Shown: positions 1 to 8,674 of the stretch, piece by piece
Layout: each line of letters starts with the position of its first letter
How positions within the stretch are numbered: the first letter of the stretch is position 1
NCBI GenBank assembly: GCA_964585115.1
Contig: CAZPDA010000002.1
Location: 1-32,202, forward strand
Direction of reading: 5' to 3'
DNA from: an uncultured Flavipsychrobacter sp.
GTDB taxonomy: Bacteria > Bacteroidota > Bacteroidia > Chitinophagales > Chitinophagaceae
Length of the DNA stretch: 32,202 bases
Translations under genes and position numbers: made by a program
The notes under the pieces: generated by a model
The model's input: the letters and a program-made list of their open reading frames with translations, nothing else
Told to the model about the DNA's origin: nothing
The model's database searches: none

Positions 1-1
1 G

Positions 2-670
2 TTCTTGTTGATGAATAGATTTTATATTTCAGACAAGTTGACCATATCTAATGAGCTGCATGAACGTACAGGAGATATCCTTAGCGACCAAGCAGTATTC
101 ATAGAGCGTCCGTCTATTGACTATGCGCTAAATGAAAATACAGAGTTTTCTGTGGGGTATTCATACGTTCGCTCATCTCCTTACGAGCCTTATTGGCAGC
201 CAATAGCTACCGATGAGCATAATATATGGGAGCAAGCATTATTAAAGTTTACTACATGGAAAGTACTGATACAGAACCGTATTCGTTTTGAGCATCGTTT
301 TACTGATAATGTTGTTCCAGCAACACCAGGCAGTCAACAGTTTGAAAAAGATGGCACCAATTTCAGTAACCGTTTTCGCTTCCGTTTCAACTTGAGCTTT
401 GACCTACTAAAAGTAAATAAAGGGAAACATACCATATTCGTCAATGCCTTTGATGAGCTTTGGATAAACCAGAATGACAACTTAACCCCAAACAACTTTG
501 GTAGAAACTGGATATATACGGGGCTAGGCTATAAGTTCAATAAAGACTTCAATATCCAATTAGCACATTTGCACCAGTACGACAGGGTTGGCAATAATAC
601 TTTTATATCTTCATCCGTAATACAGCTATCCGTATTCAAAAACTTCAAGCTGTATAACAACGGGAAGTAA
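2..670 (+). CDS. DUF2490-like small outer-membrane beta-barrel protein, 5'-truncated at window edge
   Basis: The frame is open from the window edge to TAA at 668-670. The visible part has no signal peptide. Alternating aromatic/polar strand patterns (FRFRFNLSF, IYTGLGYKF, IQLSVF) suggest a small OM barrel. The family name is from memory and was not verified. Confidence 0.55.
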   Translation, partial: FLLMNRFYISDKLTISNELHERTGDILSDQAVFIERPSIDYALNENTEFSVGYSYVRSSPYEPYWQPIATDEHNIWEQALLKFTTWKVLIQNRIRFEHRFTDNVVPATPGSQQFEKDGTNFSNRFRFRFNLSFDLLKVNKGKHTIFVNAFDELWINQNDNLTPNNFGRNWIYTGLGYKFNKDFNIQLAHLHQYDRVGNNTFISSSVIQLSVFKNFKLYNNGK

Positions 671-702
671 CCACAACACTCAACACTAAAAAACTTACGA
701 CT

Positions 703-1716
703 TTGAAAAAGATAGATATACATACGCACATTATGCCGGAGCATATTCCGGATTGGTTCAAGAAGTTTGGCTATGGCGACTTTATTCACCTAGAGCATCA
801 TAAGCCATGCTGTGCACGTATGATAAAAGGGGATAAGTTCTTTAGGGAAATAGAAGAGAACTGCTGGGACCCAAAAGCGCGTACCAAAGAAATGGATATG
901 ACAGAGGTTGGCGTACAAGTACTATCAACCATACCTGTACTGTTCAACTACTGGGCAAAGCCTGAGCATGGGTTAGAAACATCTCGTTTCTTCAACGACC
1001 ATATAGCGCAATGTGTAGACCTTCACCCTACCCGCTTTGTAGGGCTAGGTACGGTCCCTTTGCAAGATATAGACCTTGCCATAAAAGAGATGGAGCGTTG
1101 TGTAACCGAACTAAAAATGCCGGGACTAGAGATAGGCTCCAATATCAATAATAAGAACCTTAGCGACCCATACTTTGAACCATTTTGGGAAGCAGCAGAG
1201 CAGTTGGGCTGTAGCTTATTCGTTCACCCTTGGGAAATGATGGGCGAAGACCTGATGAAGAAATACTGGCTACCATGGTTGGTAGGTATGCCTGCGGAAA
1301 CAGCACGAGCTATTAGCTCAATGATATTTGGAGGTGTGTTTGAACGTCACCCTAACCTTAAAGTTGCATTTGCACATGGTGGTGGTAGCTTTCCATTCAC
1401 TATAGGCCGTATAGAGCATGGCTTCAATGTGCGTCCTGACCTATGCGCTATTGACAATGACGTTAACCCTCGTGACTACATTGGTAAGTTTTGGATAGAC
1501 GCATTAACGCATGACGATAAAGCATTGAAATACATCGTTGATGTAATGGGTGAAGATAAAATATGCATGGGTAGTGATTACCCATTCCCACTGGGAGAAC
1601 ATCATCCCGGTAAGCTAATAGAAAGCATGAATGAGTTCTCTCAAGAGCTTAAAGACAGATTACTATTCGAGAATGCTCTGGAATGGATGGGCATTACCGA
1701 AGAGCGATTTAAATAG
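703..1716 (+). CDS. 2-amino-3-carboxymuconate-6-semialdehyde decarboxylase-like amidohydrolase (amidohydrolase_2 family)
   Basis: 337 aa. It has the N-terminal metal motif IDIHTHI and WLPWLVGMPAETA, AHGGGSFPFTIGRIEHGF and GSDYPFPLGE blocks, which closely resemble ACMSD proteins as I recall them. The start is TTG at 703; the first in-frame ATG (733) would delete the HxH motif. Confidence 0.88.
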   Translation: MKKIDIHTHIMPEHIPDWFKKFGYGDFIHLEHHKPCCARMIKGDKFFREIEENCWDPKARTKEMDMTEVGVQVLSTIPVLFNYWAKPEHGLETSRFFNDHIAQCVDLHPTRFVGLGTVPLQDIDLAIKEMERCVTELKMPGLEIGSNINNKNLSDPYFEPFWEAAEQLGCSLFVHPWEMMGEDLMKKYWLPWLVGMPAETARAISSMIFGGVFERHPNLKVAFAHGGGSFPFTIGRIEHGFNVRPDLCAIDNDVNPRDYIGKFWIDALTHDDKALKYIVDVMGEDKICMGSDYPFPLGEHHPGKLIESMNEFSQELKDRLLFENALEWMGITEERFK

Positions 1717-1770
1717 ACAAAAGAAACCCTTGCTCTTACAGCTAGAAAGCTTTGAGCAAGGGCCTTTTAC
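1717..1770. terminator. Bidirectional intrinsic terminator between convergent genes
   Basis: 9-bp stem CCCTTGCTC (1727-1735) / GAGCAAGGG (1754-1762). It is followed by CCTTTT on the + strand and TTTCTTTTGT on the - strand. Confidence 0.75.
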
Positions 1771-1838
1771 AGCACCTGTTAGCACAGGCAACACTTTACA
1801 TTTGGTTAAAATATAGAGCGGGAAACGTTAATTATTTT

Positions 1839-4283
1839 TTAGCCACCACTTCCATTACCTACTCTGCTTTTCTCATCTTCCGCACCACCCCTTCTTCTTG
1901 CAGACCTTATCTTACTATTACCAAAGCGATAAGTAAATGATAGTGATACTTGTCTTGATGTTCTTCTGGCAGTAAAGTCTTCTATATACTGGTCGTATGT
2001 AGATGTAGCACGAGGGTACCCTTTCCAAAAAGCATCTTGTACATTTAAGCGAAGGGTAGCTTTATTCTTCATCAATGTTTTCTGTATACCTGCGTTTAGC
2101 ATCCACATAGCTTGCAGGTCCATATAGCCATACACTTGTTTCGATTGATACCATCCGCTTAACTCGGCACTAAAACCTTTAGGTAATGTAAACCTGTTCG
2201 TAGTACTTAAGGTATACGCAGGCTGCCCTTTGCTTAGTGGAGTATTAGCGATATTACCTTCATAGTGTGCATAGTATAGGTTGAAGTTTACCATTGTATT
2301 CCACCACTTGGTTACTTGATATGGATATGCTCCGCTAAATGCATAGTATCGCATACGCGTAAGGTTCTTGTTAGTCTGCACGGTTACTCTACCCGTATCT
2401 GTTTCGCTAGGCTGTATCACTTGTGTTATGTTATCAGTGGTCACGCTATAAGTAAGTGAAGTAATAAAGCGTTTCATGAATGTATGAGATAGCTCTACAG
2501 AATAGGTAAGCGCGGGACGTAAGTAAGGATAACCTTCCCTATAAGTAGTATTATCAACAAAGTATTTGAAAGGATTTAGTTGTTGATAGTTCGGGCGTTG
2601 TATTCTTCTGCTTAGCGTTACACCTACATCGTTCTTTTTATCAATACTTCGCTGTACTGCTAAACTTGGGAATAGCTGTGTATAGCTCCATTCATACGTA
2701 CTGTCAAGCGTTATCTGGTCAGCTACAATATTTGTATTCTCAACCCTAAGCCCTACCTGCGTACTCCATTTTTTCCCACTCTTATTAGCATTTAAGTATG
2801 CTGCATTGATATTCTCCTTATAAATAAAATGGTTACTTCTTTTTGTATCTAAAGCAAAATCTCCCGTAGTACGCTCGTAGAAAAGTGGCTCATTATCAGA
2901 CGTTACATAGCTTGATTTTACTCCTGCTTCTAATTTTGTATTCTTCTTTAACAGATGTGTATAGTCTGCTTTGATAGAGCGTATCTGAGTAAGGCCAGAC
3001 AACTCACTTCTCATATGATAATTGGGAACAGAAGTAACACCATCAGTATAACTGTAAGTGGTTGTAAAGTTCTGTCTTGCTTTGCTCCAATAGCGTGCGT
3101 AGTCAGCATCAATAGTTAGCTCTCTGCCTGTGCTATCAAAACGATGACGTATGTTTGCATTTATAGTGTAGTTATAATAATTGTTCTTATGATTGCCACT
3201 AGTATTGAAATAGTAATCGATGTCATTGTTCTTATCCAGATAAGTTGAGTTATTATTTACATCGGGCTTGAAGCCGAATGTACTACCCGTTAACACCGCA
3301 CCTAAAGTTGTTTTTTTACTCAGTGAATAATCTCCACCGAGTGTTAAGCTGTGCGACTCAAAGTACATTTTAGAAAAGTTGTCTTGCCTGTAAGAACCTG
3401 CTAGGTTATCACTACTATCATAGAAGCGTCTATCCAGTATCAAATTGTTGAACCAACCACGCTTTGAATAATTATAACTGGTATAAGCACTTATCTTTTT
3501 ATTGCGATAGTTCAGGTTGCCCCCTGCGTTATATTTCGGATAAACCCCTTGCCCATAAGAAGCATTCACACTACCATTGATACCCATACGCTTATTCCTC
3601 TTCGTACGGATATTGATGATACCTGCCACACCGGCTGCATCATACTTTGCTCCGGGGTTACTGATTATCTCTATCTTTTCAATAGCATTTGCAGGCATAC
3701 TCTTTAGCATATTAGCAAGGTCAGTACCTGATATAGCCATTTGTCTGCCATCTATCATTACGGTTACCCCTTGCCTGCCTTTTATACTTATATTATCGTC
3801 TTGGTCTACATTCACATTAGGCGAGCGAGATAATATTTCTAAAGCTGAAGAACCTGCACTTACTATGCTATTTTCTACATTGACAATAAGCTTATCTGCT
3901 CTTACTTCTATTAGCGGTTTCTGTCCTCTTATAGATACTTCTTTTAAGTTTGTTGCTAAGCGTTTCATTTCTAGTTTACCCACAGATACATCTCCACTCA
4001 CTTGTATGTTATCTTTACTTGCCTCAGCATAGCCTAGCATAGTAACCTTAAGCTTGTATTTACCGTCTGCTATATCTGCTAATTGAAAAGAACCGCTTTC
4101 ATCTGTCAAGGCAGACTTTGACAATTGATCATTATCGGCATTAAGAAGTATTACATTTGCTGTGACTATGGGGTTGCCATTTTCATCAGATACTATGCCT
4201 GTAATAGTACCTGCATAGACAGAACCTGTAAAGAACATTAAAAGAATAGCCATAGTGTAGCGTAAGTGAGCAGCGTATTTCAT
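1839..4283 (-). CDS. TonB-dependent-receptor-like outer membrane protein (carboxypeptidase-regulatory-like domain + plug + beta-barrel)
   Basis: Long ORF. I chose ATG at 4283, which gives the signal peptide MKYAAHLRYTMAILLMFFTGSVYA; the track's TTG at 4304 is less likely. The N-terminal GTITGIVSDENGNPI..GKYKLKV is CarboxypepD_reg-like. The plug-like region contains ISIKGRQGVTVMIDGR and IEIISNPGAKYDAAG. A long Tyr/Asn/Ser-rich barrel ends in SFTYRFG plus a basic tail. Confidence 0.85.
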   Translation of the reverse strand: MKYAAHLRYTMAILLMFFTGSVYAGTITGIVSDENGNPIVTANVILLNADNDQLSKSALTDESGSFQLADIADGKYKLKVTMLGYAEASKDNIQVSGDVSVGKLEMKRLATNLKEVSIRGQKPLIEVRADKLIVNVENSIVSAGSSALEILSRSPNVNVDQDDNISIKGRQGVTVMIDGRQMAISGTDLANMLKSMPANAIEKIEIISNPGAKYDAAGVAGIINIRTKRNKRMGINGSVNASYGQGVYPKYNAGGNLNYRNKKISAYTSYNYSKRGWFNNLILDRRFYDSSDNLAGSYRQDNFSKMYFESHSLTLGGDYSLSKKTTLGAVLTGSTFGFKPDVNNNSTYLDKNNDIDYYFNTSGNHKNNYYNYTINANIRHRFDSTGRELTIDADYARYWSKARQNFTTTYSYTDGVTSVPNYHMRSELSGLTQIRSIKADYTHLLKKNTKLEAGVKSSYVTSDNEPLFYERTTGDFALDTKRSNHFIYKENINAAYLNANKSGKKWSTQVGLRVENTNIVADQITLDSTYEWSYTQLFPSLAVQRSIDKKNDVGVTLSRRIQRPNYQQLNPFKYFVDNTTYREGYPYLRPALTYSVELSHTFMKRFITSLTYSVTTDNITQVIQPSETDTGRVTVQTNKNLTRMRYYAFSGAYPYQVTKWWNTMVNFNLYYAHYEGNIANTPLSKGQPAYTLSTTNRFTLPKGFSAELSGWYQSKQVYGYMDLQAMWMLNAGIQKTLMKNKATLRLNVQDAFWKGYPRATSTYDQYIEDFTARRTSRQVSLSFTYRFGNSKIRSARRRGGAEDEKSRVGNGSGG

Positions 4284-4331
4284 GTAGCAATGTTTATGAA
4301 TCAAATGTACCCGTAGCAGTTATGCTCACTT

Positions 4332-4390
4332 TCCCCCACAAAGGGGGATATGCAAGTTTCGATGCCCCCCGTTTAGGGGGATTTATTTTC
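4332..4390. promoter_or_regulatory. Two tandem GC palindromes (C5-N5-G5) in a divergent control region
   Basis: TCCCCCACAAAGGGGGA lies at 4332-4348. CCCCCGTTTAGGGGG lies at 4366-4380 and is followed by ATTTATTTT. Both contain AGGGGGAT, and a third copy sits at 7418-7425 between the kinase and regulator genes. Confidence 0.5.
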
Positions 4391-4458
4391 ACATCTTAAT
4401 GAATGCTTATCATTCTATGGTTATTTTTATGATAGTAACTGATAAACGACGACACTGA

Positions 4459-7410
4459 TTGAGAGTAATACTTACATACCTACTGATATGCCTATGCACT
4501 ACCACTGTATATGCTCAGCGCTATCCATTCTTTAACCTAAGCGTAGAGAACGGATTGATACAATCGCAAGTAAGAGCTATTGTACAAGACAGATACGGAC
4601 ATGTATGGATAGGCACATACGGGGGCTTATCTATGTACGACGGCAGCAACTTCACTAACTATACAGTAAGGAGTGGGTTGCTGAATAATACCGTTAATGC
4701 TTTAGCGATAGACCATGAAGACAACATATGGATAGGTGGCCCTAACGGTGTAAGTATGTACGACGGGAAACACTTCAAACACTTCATATTTAAAGCACCT
4801 GAAAATACTAATGCTAACTCTGTAGTAGAGTTAAAGGTGGATAGTGACAATAAGGTATGGGCACGTGCTGCAGGGGCTATCTACTATATAGAGAATGGGA
4901 AAAGCAAAGAGCTGACCCTACCCAACAAAGCTGCCACTGCAACAGCCATATTGCCTACAAGCGAAGCTCTTCTAATTGCAACAGTTGGAGGTAGAATATA
5001 TAAACACACTACAACAAACTGGGATAGTATCTTCTATAACCAACAAAACATAAGTAACGACAGAATATATACAACCGACCTTTACCAAGACAAGACACAA
5101 ACAATATGGCTAACCACTAATGCTGGTCTATATCATCTAGACAATGACACGATATACAAAGCATTTGTAAAAAGTGCTAACATTAATAGCTGGCCTTTTC
5201 TCTTCAACATATCAGAGGATAGTACAGGCAGCCTATGGATGGGTACGACCGGAGTATTACAATATAAAGACTCCGTACTAACAGCATACAATAAAGATGA
5301 TGGCTTTACGAACAGTCAGGTAACAGACATCCTTACAGATAGAGAAGGCAATATATGGTTTGGTACAGACGGGCAAGGTGCATATCGCTTTTCGGGTGGC
5401 AGCTTTTCTATTCTTGATGAAGAAGCAGGATTAGGCTATGAGCAAGTAATGAGTATAGGAGCAACACCTTCAGGCAGGATATACCTTGGCACCTATTTAG
5501 GCGGACTTTACTACTATGAAAAAGGAGTAGTGCAGCAGCTGCCAATGCCTATAAAAGGGAACCTATCCATATCTGCCATTAATGTAAAAACTGAGTACGA
5601 CTTTTGGGTAGGTACAAATGTAAAAGGGCTATGGCATTATAAAGGTGGAGAGTTCAAACAGTACTCACCTTCTGTAGTTGGTTCCAGTATCATTACTTCA
5701 TTATACCGAGATGCTACTAACAAACTATGGATAGGAACTAGTAATGGCGCTACTGTATATGCTAATGACTCGTTTCAGATATTACCACTAGGTAATTCAT
5801 CTGCTGTTGCCTTTGCTACATTAGGTAAGGACAGCACACTTATTGCAACAGGCTATAATGGTCTTAAATTATATCATCACAACAATGTTTATCCGTATAC
5901 TACAGGTACTGCAGCTGACAGCGCATCGCCGCAATGTCTTTTAAAACAAGGAGGCAAACTGTGGATAGGCACTAGTGATAATGGTGTTATCTGCTATGAC
6001 CTCATCAACAAAAAAGCTCAGATCATCAATAAAAGCTCGGGGCTAGAATCTGATTTCATCTACAACATCACTGCGGATAAAGATGGGAATATATGGGTAG
6101 GTACAGGTTTTGGGATACACGAGATAACGATGAAAGCCGATACGCCTTACATAAACTTCTATGGTAAAGGGAAAGGCATAAAAGGTATGGAAAGCAACCA
6201 GAATGCGGTATATAACATGCCTGATGGTAAGATATGGTTTGGTACTACTAAAGGTGCACTTATATACAACCCTGCCAACGATATAACACAACCTCAGCCA
6301 GTTAGTATCGTACTACAATCTATCAAGCTATTTGGAGACAACATAAACGATACTAGTTATTACGACAGTGTAAGCTCATGGTACAATGTACCTTACCAAT
6401 TACACCTTCCTTATCAGAAGAACAATATAACCTTCACCTTTAAGGGTATCACCATGAGTGGTCCTGAACAAATAAGATACCGATATAGAATAGAAGGTTT
6501 AGATGCACCTTGGTCTGACTGGACGGAACTTAATTCTGTCACCTACTCGGCATTGCCTCCGGGAGATTATACTTTAAAAGTAGCATGCCAAACAAGCAAC
6601 AATGGTAACATAAGAGAGCTATCTTATCCTTTTACAATCGTTACTCCTTTTCATAAAACATCATGGTTCCGTATGCTGATACTCGGAACGTGTATTTTAT
6701 TAGGTATTACCATTCAGTACATCGTTAACAAAAGGAAAGAGAATAGGCTGGCGTTGCTAGAGCGTTTGCGCCGAGAAGAACAAAGCAAAGTAAGAGAGCG
6801 TACTGCTGAAGACTTTCATGATGAGGTAGGTAATAAACTAACAAGGATAAACGTACTGACAACCGTTCTCAGGTCGAAGATAACAGAACATACACCGGAC
6901 ACCCTAAGTATACTTGATAAGATACAGGAGAATGCAGGAGAGCTGTATAATGGCACAAGAGATATTCTTTGGTCATTAAAACCATCTAATGATAATCTTT
7001 ATGAAATAATACACCGCATTAGAGACTTTGGTGGTGAGCTATTTTCCGATGCTGATATCAACTTCATATTTGCAGGCTCTAATGAAAAGTGGAAACAATA
7101 TAAGCTACCGTTAGATGTAAGTAGAAACCTGATCATGATATTTAAAGAAGCGATGAACAATACTCTAAAGTATGCAGGAGCTACAACTGTAAAACTTGAG
7201 GCAATACTTAAAGAGCATGATAACCTGCAAGTACTATTTAGTGATAATGGCAAAGGCTTTGACATAGAGACCATAACAAGAGGTAATGGCTTGCAAAATA
7301 TGCAGAACAGAGCTAAGAGAATTGATGGCAGGCTCTATGTCGATAGTCACGAAGGGAAAGGAACAACCATTAGCCTGAACTTTAAACTAAAAGAGAAGGT
7401 GAAAAAATAA
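4459..7410 (+). CDS. Sensor histidine kinase with periplasmic two-component-regulator propeller repeats + Y_Y_Y domain, one TM helix, HisKA_3 and HATPase_c
   Basis: 983 aa with signal peptide MRVILTYLLICLCTTTVYAQ. Many propeller repeats are present (W.GT..GL..YDG). The Y_Y_Y-like block is IRYRYRIEGLDAPWSDW and the TM helix is WFRMLILGTCILLGITIQYIV. The phospho-acceptor box is DFHDEVGNKL, and the N and G boxes are NNTLKYAG and DNGKGF..GNGLQNM. TTG at 4459 is the only ATG, GTG or TTG start codon that retains the signal peptide. Confidence 0.9.
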   Translation: MRVILTYLLICLCTTTVYAQRYPFFNLSVENGLIQSQVRAIVQDRYGHVWIGTYGGLSMYDGSNFTNYTVRSGLLNNTVNALAIDHEDNIWIGGPNGVSMYDGKHFKHFIFKAPENTNANSVVELKVDSDNKVWARAAGAIYYIENGKSKELTLPNKAATATAILPTSEALLIATVGGRIYKHTTTNWDSIFYNQQNISNDRIYTTDLYQDKTQTIWLTTNAGLYHLDNDTIYKAFVKSANINSWPFLFNISEDSTGSLWMGTTGVLQYKDSVLTAYNKDDGFTNSQVTDILTDREGNIWFGTDGQGAYRFSGGSFSILDEEAGLGYEQVMSIGATPSGRIYLGTYLGGLYYYEKGVVQQLPMPIKGNLSISAINVKTEYDFWVGTNVKGLWHYKGGEFKQYSPSVVGSSIITSLYRDATNKLWIGTSNGATVYANDSFQILPLGNSSAVAFATLGKDSTLIATGYNGLKLYHHNNVYPYTTGTAADSASPQCLLKQGGKLWIGTSDNGVICYDLINKKAQIINKSSGLESDFIYNITADKDGNIWVGTGFGIHEITMKADTPYINFYGKGKGIKGMESNQNAVYNMPDGKIWFGTTKGALIYNPANDITQPQPVSIVLQSIKLFGDNINDTSYYDSVSSWYNVPYQLHLPYQKNNITFTFKGITMSGPEQIRYRYRIEGLDAPWSDWTELNSVTYSALPPGDYTLKVACQTSNNGNIRELSYPFTIVTPFHKTSWFRMLILGTCILLGITIQYIVNKRKENRLALLERLRREEQSKVRERTAEDFHDEVGNKLTRINVLTTVLRSKITEHTPDTLSILDKIQENAGELYNGTRDILWSLKPSNDNLYEIIHRIRDFGGELFSDADINFIFAGSNEKWKQYKLPLDVSRNLIMIFKEAMNNTLKYAGATTVKLEAILKEHDNLQVLFSDNGKGFDIETITRGNGLQNMQNRAKRIDGRLYVDSHEGKGTTISLNFKLKEKVKK

Positions 7411-7472
7411 CTTGTTAAGGGGGATAAGCATTATTTTGTAAATCACGATATTTGTATTAAATAAGATATGTT

Positions 7473-8102
7473 ATGAGAGACTTGGATATACTTGTTTGCA
7501 TTATAGAAGACGATGAAACTATTAGAGAAGGTTATGAGTACCTTATCAATGATACGTCGGGCTATCGTGTAGTGAGCAGTTATCCATCTTTTGAAAGCGC
7601 AGCTAAGAAAATAGCAAAGGACGACCCTGATGTTATCCTTTTGGATGTAGAGCTACCGGGTATATCCGGCATAGATGCCATACCTAAGCTAAAAAAGCTA
7701 GTTCCTGAAGCATATATACTTATCCTTACGGTTTACGAACAAGATCTGCTAATATTCCGTGCGCTTGGCAATGGCGCCTCTGGTTACCTTACCAAAAACA
7801 CACCTCACGATAAAATTATCAACTCGATAAGAGAGGTAATGGCAGGAGGAGGACCAATGAGTGCTAATATCGCACGTATGGTCATTGAGTCTTTTCAACG
7901 CAATGAGGAATCTCCACTGACTAGAAGAGAAACAGAGATATTAGAACAAATAGCTACTGGCAAAAGCAGAAAGCGTATTGCTGAAGAGTTATTCATCGAC
8001 CTAGAAACTGTAAAGTCTCACATTAAGAATATTTATAGCAAACTAAACGTCCATTCTAAGGCAGATGCTATAAAACTTGCCAGAGATAACAAATACATAT
8101 AG
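7473..8102 (+). CDS. NarL/LuxR-family response regulator (REC + LuxR-type HTH)
   Basis: 209 aa. The receiver has IEDDE and DVILLDVELPG acidic/phospho-acceptor motifs. The C-terminal LTRRETEILEQIATGKSRKRIAEELFIDLETVKSHIKNIYSKL is a GerE/LuxR HTH. It lies 62 nt downstream of the kinase. Confidence 0.92.
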   Translation: MRDLDILVCIIEDDETIREGYEYLINDTSGYRVVSSYPSFESAAKKIAKDDPDVILLDVELPGISGIDAIPKLKKLVPEAYILILTVYEQDLLIFRALGNGASGYLTKNTPHDKIINSIREVMAGGGPMSANIARMVIESFQRNEESPLTRRETEILEQIATGKSRKRIAEELFIDLETVKSHIKNIYSKLNVHSKADAIKLARDNKYI

Positions 8103-8210
8103 CACTAACAGTCAAGTAGTTACAGTACAAACGAAAATAAAACAAACATTTTTGTGACAATTAGCAAACCACTGTCATAGTATTGTCGTAGATACCACTA
8201 CACACCAAAT

Positions 8211-8636
8211 ATGGTATCTATGAAAAAGTTTCTACAAAAAACTGCAATAACATTCGGAACCCTATTTCTGGCATTCTTTGTCTACGCAAACTGGACTCCA
8301 CCAACCGCAGGTGAACGCATATATATGAGTAACCCAACGGGCATTACTGCTATAGACGTTCCTGCTAACTACACCGCACAAGACATACAAGCATTCTCTG
8401 ACGAACTGAACCATACAGAAGGAGTAACATCCTTTACTCATTCCCCAAACTTGCACATGTTCGCCGTCACCTACAGTAAAAAGGAGACTTGCGAAAAGAA
8501 CATTCTGTCTCAATTGAAAGACAAAGGGTTCAATGCCTCTAAGAAGGTAATAGAAAGCAACAAACCTCAATGTCCGGTACATGGGTATTTGGATGCTTTC
8601 TACAAAGCAAAGTATGCATTGAATATCAGGAAATAG
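8211..8636 (+). CDS. Small membrane-anchored hypothetical protein (ferredoxin-like/HMA-like fold guess, no CxxC)
   Basis: 141 aa, or 138 aa if translation starts at ATG 8220 (MKKFLQK). It has an N-terminal anchor AITFGTLFLAFFVYANW and a C-terminal QCPVHGY motif. I recognise no family. Confidence 0.55.
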   Translation: MVSMKKFLQKTAITFGTLFLAFFVYANWTPPTAGERIYMSNPTGITAIDVPANYTAQDIQAFSDELNHTEGVTSFTHSPNLHMFAVTYSKKETCEKNILSQLKDKGFNASKKVIESNKPQCPVHGYLDAFYKAKYALNIRK

Positions 8637-8674
8637 AGAACCAATTTTTAACCATAAAAAACGTAGAGATTATT

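Noticed and set aside
1631-1940. Two ~60-aa plus-strand ORFs (1631-1816, 1752-1940) at the ACMSD / receptor junction
   Set aside because: They span the bidirectional terminator and overlap the ends of two strong genes, so they are most likely chance frames.
3577-4032. 151-aa plus-strand ORF antisense to the first receptor-like gene
   Set aside because: It lies entirely within the plug region of a well-supported CDS. The translation is hydrophobic and featureless, which is typical of antisense artefacts.
4332-4380. Guanidine-II (mini-ykkC)-like tandem hairpin riboswitch
   Set aside because: The two-hairpin layout is similar. However, mini-ykkC stems run G-rich 5' arm to C-rich 3' arm around an ACGR loop. 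Here both strands read C5...G5, with loops ACAAA/GTTTA (or TTTGT/TAAAC).
4456-4458. In-frame TGA between the uORF and the kinase as a recoding (selenocysteine or read-through) site
   Set aside because: No SECIS-like hairpin follows. The N-terminal extension would bury the signal peptide, so separate ORFs are the simpler reading.
8570-8674. Upstream extension of the globin ORF (track start 8570) and of the DsbA-like ORF (track start 9179)
   Set aside because: The extensions overlap the preceding gene or read through a terminator hairpin. The downstream ATGs (8675, 9224) give a proper signal peptide or a family-typical N-terminus.
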